A stretch of DNA of 64,000 nucleotides, taken from Adineta vaga. Lineage: Eukaryota > Animalia > Rotifera. Shown piece by piece: positions 57,798 through 64,000 of the stretch. The notes beneath the pieces were generated by a model. That model made no database searches and was not told where the DNA came from. It was given only the letters and a program-made list of their open reading frames with translations. The DNA lies in the NCBI GenBank assembly GCA_021613535.1, contig CP075497.1, positions 11,470,001-11,534,000 of the forward strand. The letters are read 5' to 3'. How positions within the stretch are numbered: the first letter of the stretch is position 1; each line of letters begins with the position of its first letter. Made by a program: the position numbers and the translations under genes.

Positions 57798-58506
57798 TCG
57801 TGTTGTGCGCGTTTTTGTGATTACCACATGATTCTGACAAGTGCGAGTACATCTCCGACTTAGAAGAATCATCTTCCAAACTTGTTGATAGGAAAAGTTA
57901 GCGTGTTAATTGAATTATAATTGAATATATTCGTCACAGAGGAATAATACCGATTTTGATGAGAACAATTTTGATTTACAAAAAAAACAGTAGCTGCGAA
58001 GCTTTTTCGTCTCATAATAAGACTTAAAAGTATGCGTGGACATTATCCTGATATGTTATCAATCAAGGTCTTGTATTTTGGACCTACTTTTTTACTTTAA
58101 GGTGCTTCAAAAGATGCTTGGATTATTGTATGTACCATTAGTCTCTAACCATTGATGATCGCCTGAATGAGTTCGATTACAAGAAGATCGAATAACCGAT
58201 TCATGTACACCAGTAACGCTGAATATCAATGATGATCTTCTTCAGTTATATAAAATCTTCTGAAATTATGTATAATACAGAAGAACAGTGATAAGACTTA
58301 TCCGAATTTCGTAAAAAATTATCGTTTTTTCTTTTTCAAATTAATTCAGAACATTGCGACATCTTTAAGTTAACTTTCTTATGCATGTCGTTGGATTGGA
58401 TCTTGACGAGATAGGAATAGAATTACGAAAGTTTTCATTTTCAGTTTGGTTTGGTTATTTTTTCCCAAAATTCTCTATTCATTCAATTCTTGTGAAATCA
58501 AACTCA

Positions 58507-61500
58507 ATGGCAAAAATGAATTTTAAAGTTCGTCTTCAAAAATTACTTGAAAATGAATTTTCAATTTTATCAAATGATAAAAATCAATTCATTTCTGGTT
58601 ATAAATCTTTAATTGATATTCTTCGAATTCCACAATTAAACAAACATTTACATGGCTGTCATGATTTACTTTTCGAATGTATTTCTCAAATTATTCTTAC
58701 ACCATTTAATCATGATTTTGATGATGAACAATTAAGTCTATTATTAGAATTAGCATCGAATTCATGTGTTTTAACAATGTCACAGAATCAAATTATTGAT
58801 GGATGGTTACAGAATGTTGAAGAACGAACGTTTGAAAAGCCGGATAATTACACTGAAGAAGAAGAAGAAGAAGAAGAAGATGATGATGATCTATATGAAG
58901 ATGCAAGTGAGAGTGAAGAAGAAGTGAATACGAAGAAAAACTCTACTCGCAGTCGAGAAAATCCAAAACATGTGACTTTTGCTGAAACAACTTCTGTATC
59001 ATCAAAAAAGAAAAATTCATCTTTGACACGTATGTTATTAATGCAATCTTTTCGTATTTAATTACTTTAACTATATAGAAGTAGTACCCAATCCACGACT
59101 TGGTCATGTTGCACATTCTCGTGGTCAATGTGATGGTAAGAAATCTGATATTTATTAGAAAGATGATTCTATTCACCATTGAAAAGGTCATCAAAATCAA
59201 CTCTCTGAAACTTCAACTCGCGAAACAAAACAAAATCCGAAAAAAGAACTTGATAGTATTCGAGGAAAAGGACGTCGTACATTTCCCTGCGACAATAATA
59301 ATAAAGATTGTTACAATTGTGGAAAACAAGGTCATGTTCAATACGATTGCCCTAAGAAATCAAATAATACTAAACCTATTTCTCGCGGTAATGCAGCACG
59401 TGTCGTTAATCGTAATGAAAATGAACGAAATCGTTCGAAAGAATCTTCATCATCAAGTTCTTCAACTGAAACAACTCTGACTGAATCGGATCAAAATCGA
59501 ATGCAATATCTTTATAATTTATCATCGAAACTTTTAAATAGTTCACAATCAAATGATGAACGAACTCAAACATTCGATTTATTCCTTTCATCCATAAAAA
59601 AACTTCAAGATTACCATAAAACTAATCTTCCAAAAATTCTTCAGGAAAAACAATCAATGTTCTATTCACTTTTTTGTCACATTGCTCAAAATGATTTTCT
59701 CTTTACCAACGAACAATATCTTAAATTCTATGAATTAAAAGATCTTCTAATACCAACCAAAGTCAATTGCTTGAACAAAGATCGTTCAATCTTCTGTCGA
59801 CAACGTCAATTAACTTCATTAACAATTATTGAAAAACATTTCGATACGACTTCACAAATTCAACCGATAATATTCGATGATATTCAAGAATATCTTATTC
59901 GTTCAACATCACCAATATCTGGCAGTTTATATGATTTAATAAAACATTTATTTAAATCAGTAATTCATATTGATAAACAATGTTTAGATCATTTTACTCA
60001 GAAGATTTTATTTGAAATGAAAAAAGAGATTTTTTCTTCCGAACAACTGCAAGAACTTCATTCTTATTTAGACATTCGAATAAAACGTTATGAACGACAT
60101 AATCAAAAACAAATTTGGAAAGAACGTTTGAATTTATTCAAAAACGATCAATTATCAACAGTTGATCTTAATCAATGGATAAAAGAATTTCAAGAAATTC
60201 TCAAATCTGATTCCATGGATGTTAAACCAACTTCAACGGTTATTGTTGATCATGCTATGTGGTATTTTGCTGTCTTATTTATGGGAAGTAGTGGTCATTT
60301 AAATAAAGAACAATATGAAAATCTATTCAATTCAGCTGCTCAATCGTTGTTATTCAATACGAAACAAAAATTTTATTTTCAATTCTATTTAGATGAAGGA
60401 CACGCACCGATTATGTTTAAAGAATTAAAACAAATTCAAGTTAAATTAGAAGGTGATGATACAGACAAGAAAAATACGGTATATGAAGAAATTTCAAAGA
60501 TATTAGAAAGATCAAAACCGGAATTTGATCAGGTATATTTTCATTTTCGACGAACATTTTATCATCTTATTTTTTTACTTTTTAGACTCTTCCAATTGAT
60601 GATACAATTCCTATTATTGATAATTACGTTCTATTACGTCTTATTTCTCTTGTTGAAGTGATTTGTTCGGATACAAACACATTTTCTAATGAACAATGTA
60701 CGATTTTACTTGATAAATTTCTTCAACAATCTTCTATTGTTCGTCCATTATCGAATGTTGAACAACAACGTTTAAGATCTTATTATTCTCGTCCAATGTC
60801 ATTGAATGAATTGCAAAATATTTGTTCATCAAATCAATTTGATATCGAAGATCTTCTCTCGATATTCAAAAATCGAACATTATTAACAAATGATGAAGTA
60901 CTTGATTATCTTACAAAAAAAATTTGTGAAATTTTTCGAAATCAAAGAAAATTTTCCAATGATAAATGTCACGAATTAAAATCTGTAATTGAAAAACAAA
61001 TCTTTGGAAAACAACGTTATCGAATCGTTAATGAATCTTTTCAAAAACATCGTTTGAATAGAAAGCTTCTCCCATTAATTGATCCAACTATTCTCAATAA
61101 ACTCTTAACAAAAATTCTCGAACAAGATCATCAAGTAAAACAATAATAAAAATCAATCTTAGAATTGTCTTCTCTATATTTTTAGGCTCATTTGGAATTC
61201 TTTACTTTATTAGAAGAATTTTCTCAACGAACAGATTTTGATGAAATGACAATATCATTTGAAATCAATCGTTGTTTATTCTCGTCAATTATTCTTATTA
61301 TATCCGAAAGAGATTTTTCCAATGCATCAAATTCGAATTTCTATCGTCAACATTTAAAAACAATTTTTGATAAACAAAGAGAATTTTTCTCATATTTTCT
61401 TTCCGAACAACAACATAAACTGATTCTTTCTCGTCTAACCACCTCATTATCAAATCTTGATCTGCTAATTGAATCAATTCAAACGAATATGAATGAAACG

Positions 61501-62668
61501 AATTATGAAAATCTCATTCATTTCATTGAAAATGATCTTAAAGATAAAAATGATTTAGATAAATTATTTAATTTCATTTTATCAACATTTGATAATCAAT
61601 GTTTAACAATAACACAAACACTTCAACTATCCAATTTAGTCATTCAACATGCGAAAACATTCAAAAATCTTCTACAATTTCTTATTGATCTTCTTCAATT
61701 GAATATTCATATTTCACCAAAAAATCTTTTGAATATTATTGAAAATAATCAAGAAACAGATCAAACAATGAACCAAATTATTACAATATTGAAAACTCCA
61801 AATGGAAAATATGCAATTGCTGATTGGAAGAAAACAATGATTCGTTTAGTAACTATTTGGTTCCATCGAAATGAAAATAATCAACAGTTAAAAGATCTTG
61901 CACAACAATCACCATTATTTCAAACACCTATTTTTCGACAACAATTAGAGTCTTGTTGGAATCATCCAACGGATGAAAATAGTGTAATTTTAGCTTCTGC
62001 TGGACCGAAAACGACGGATAAAGATGATCAATCTACTGCACATCGTGATATGTTTCGTCATTTAGAGTCAGATGATCCATCGACAAATGCACTCGTCATA
62101 GGAAAATTACATTCTTTCCTAGTCGATAAACAATTATCCAAAGAAATATCTCTTCAAAAATTTATTCAAGCTTTACAAACGGTTTTCAAAAATTCTCGAA
62201 AATTTGTGCAAATAAGATTGGATGAATGGGCAACATTGATTGCGAATAATCGTGGAAAGGTAAATTTAAGAAAATCTTATTAAAATCAATTCTATTCATC
62301 TTCTTCATTAGATCTTTACAAATGATATTCAATGTGATCAACTAATAATAAATATTCTCTGTGCTCGTCTTAATTTACCAATTGATACCTTCACTTCATT
62401 ACTTCGTTTCATTCAATCAAAGAAAGCACATGAACGACACGATGGATTTCAGAAGTTAATTTTGATTTTACAAAATTCTCAAATAAAAAACGAAAACGAT
62501 CCATGGAATCATTTACCGACAATATCAAATCAACTTTATGATATAATAACTCGCGTTATATTTGATCAAAAATATAATGATAATCAAGTTCGTCTTTGTT
62601 TAACAGCAGCGAAAAAGACATGCCTATTGAATAGTGAACATCGACAAAAACTGAATGAAATTTCCTAA
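58507..62668 (+). CDS. Large (about 1300 aa) protein: acidic tract, CCHC zinc knuckle, long alpha-helical region
   Basis: Exons join in frame across short introns. CYNCGKQGHVQYDC at 59309-59350 lies in the frame that continues into ORF 59501-60661 and is missed by the ORF track. Confidence 0.75.
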
Positions 62669-62821
62669 TTCGTTTTCTTGTCATCATTAACTTCTTTTCT
62701 TTTGTATGCAAACTACCCGTACTATGACTAGAACATTTCTTTTTTGTTTTGCATTTATATAAAATATAAATAAATATATATCACAAAATTCGATCAGTTT
62801 CATGTTTATAAATATGAAGTT

Positions 62822-64000
62822 TTAATGACGCGATTTAACCACGTCATCCTGAGAAAATTTCACTTGTTTCGAATTAGCGCTTGCTTGCCATTGTTTGTCT
62901 TCTGGAGCACTGAATTGATGATTGAAACGATGAGGAAGTGGAATCGTAAATGATTTTCGATCCCTATCTGCAGGTGTATAATGTAATTCAAATGTTCCAT
63001 TGTTCTCTTGAGTGTTTTTGTTTTTATTTGCATCTTCTAATACTTTTGTCACCATATCACTAACAGCACGTGATGCAGCTATTTCCCAACTTTCACCGTG
63101 AGCTATAACAAAGCATCTTTTTGATTATCTTTTTCTAAGAAACAATTTATGTCTTACCAGTTACATCAAGACCTTCGAGTTCATCTTCTTCTGCTAAACG
63201 AATACCCATAATAAAATGCAAAGGAAGAAGAATACCAGCCGTACATACAGCAGCGAATGCTAACAATACAAATAAAGAGAATATTTCCTTCCAAGTAATC
63301 AGAAAAATATTTCACTTACCAACAGCAGTCAATATCCCGGCAATCTGATACCACAACTGAACCGGTCGACCATAGAAAGCACCATCGAATCCACCTGCTT
63401 CATTCACCCATTTCTCTGCAAATAATCCAGTCATAAATGCACCAGCTATACCTCCTATATATCAACATAGACAAAAATCTCTTCAATCCGAGAGAAAAGA
63501 ATAACATACCACAACCATGTACTAATGCAACATCTAATGTATCATCGAAACGCATATACTTCTTCAGTAATAAAAGAACATATACAATAGCTGTCGCTAT
63601 GATAGCTATCAATATAGCCCATCCTGGTTGAACAAAACCACATGCTGGCGTAATAGCTACCAACCCAACAATAGGACCGATACAAGCACCAGAGATTGCG
63701 ATATGACCACGAACAGCATCGATCACTACCCATGTAACTAATCCAGTCGCGGCAGCTGTGTGTGTATTGATCAATGCAAGAGCAGCCAGACCACTAGAAT
63801 GACAAAGAACAATGAGTTTCCCATATATTTCTCTGTTTCATGTTACCTCGCAGAGTTAGCTGAACCAGCATTGAAACCAGTCCATCCAACCCATAAAAGA
63901 CATGTACCCAGAATAGTAAATGGAAGATTATGAGCTGCTGTACTATGTGCATCATAATCCTGTCGTTTGCCAAGAATAATCGATGCAACAAGACCAGAAA
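62822..64000 (-). CDS. Ammonium transporter, AmtB/Mep/AMT2-type (3' part, runs off window end)
   Basis: HNLPFTILGTCLLWVGWTGFNAGSA, INTHTAAA, GLVAITPACGFV, DDTLDVALVHGCGG, EDELEGLDVTAHGE. Several short introns. Confidence 0.92.

Noticed and set aside
59309-59350. Zinc knuckle as evidence of an active retrotransposon Gag
   Set aside because: No protease, RT or integrase motifs, LTRs or target-site duplications were seen, and the gene has ordinary spliceosomal introns.

Overview
AT-rich, gene-dense eukaryotic (metazoan) DNA with many very short (about 40-70 nt) GT-AG introns. Gene content and style fit a bdelloid rotifer (inference). About 27 protein-coding genes can be assembled by eye: MCM3 (partial), a double-MATH/BTB SPOP-like gene, a DUF2177-type membrane protein, an OSR1/SPAK kinase, a peptide GPCR, a small BTB protein, ARMC3, TTLL6/13, HAPSTR1, NAP1, mitoferrin, a TPR-SET protein, a divergent intron-containing histone H2A, a GT31 galactosyltransferase, a Gln-rich disordered protein, DHX8, SRSF3/7, TAF12, a ZIP transporter, a large zinc-knuckle protein, an AmtB/Mep-type ammonium transporter (partial) and several orphans. 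No CRISPR array, tRNA, rRNA or intact transposon was recognised. The most notable signal is repeated operon-like architecture: a polyA signal followed about 25-65 nt later by an unpaired splice acceptor in front of the next same-strand gene. One such unit (DUF2177 > SPOP-like > MCM3) is headed by a probable horizontally acquired gene and an E2F-like site. Other highlights are intron-bearing foreign-looking genes, an unusual H2A variant, a poison exon in SRSF3/7, a structured NAP1 intron (snoRNA candidate) and a possible -1 frameshift site. All exon assignments are manual and all homology calls come from motif recognition, not database searches.
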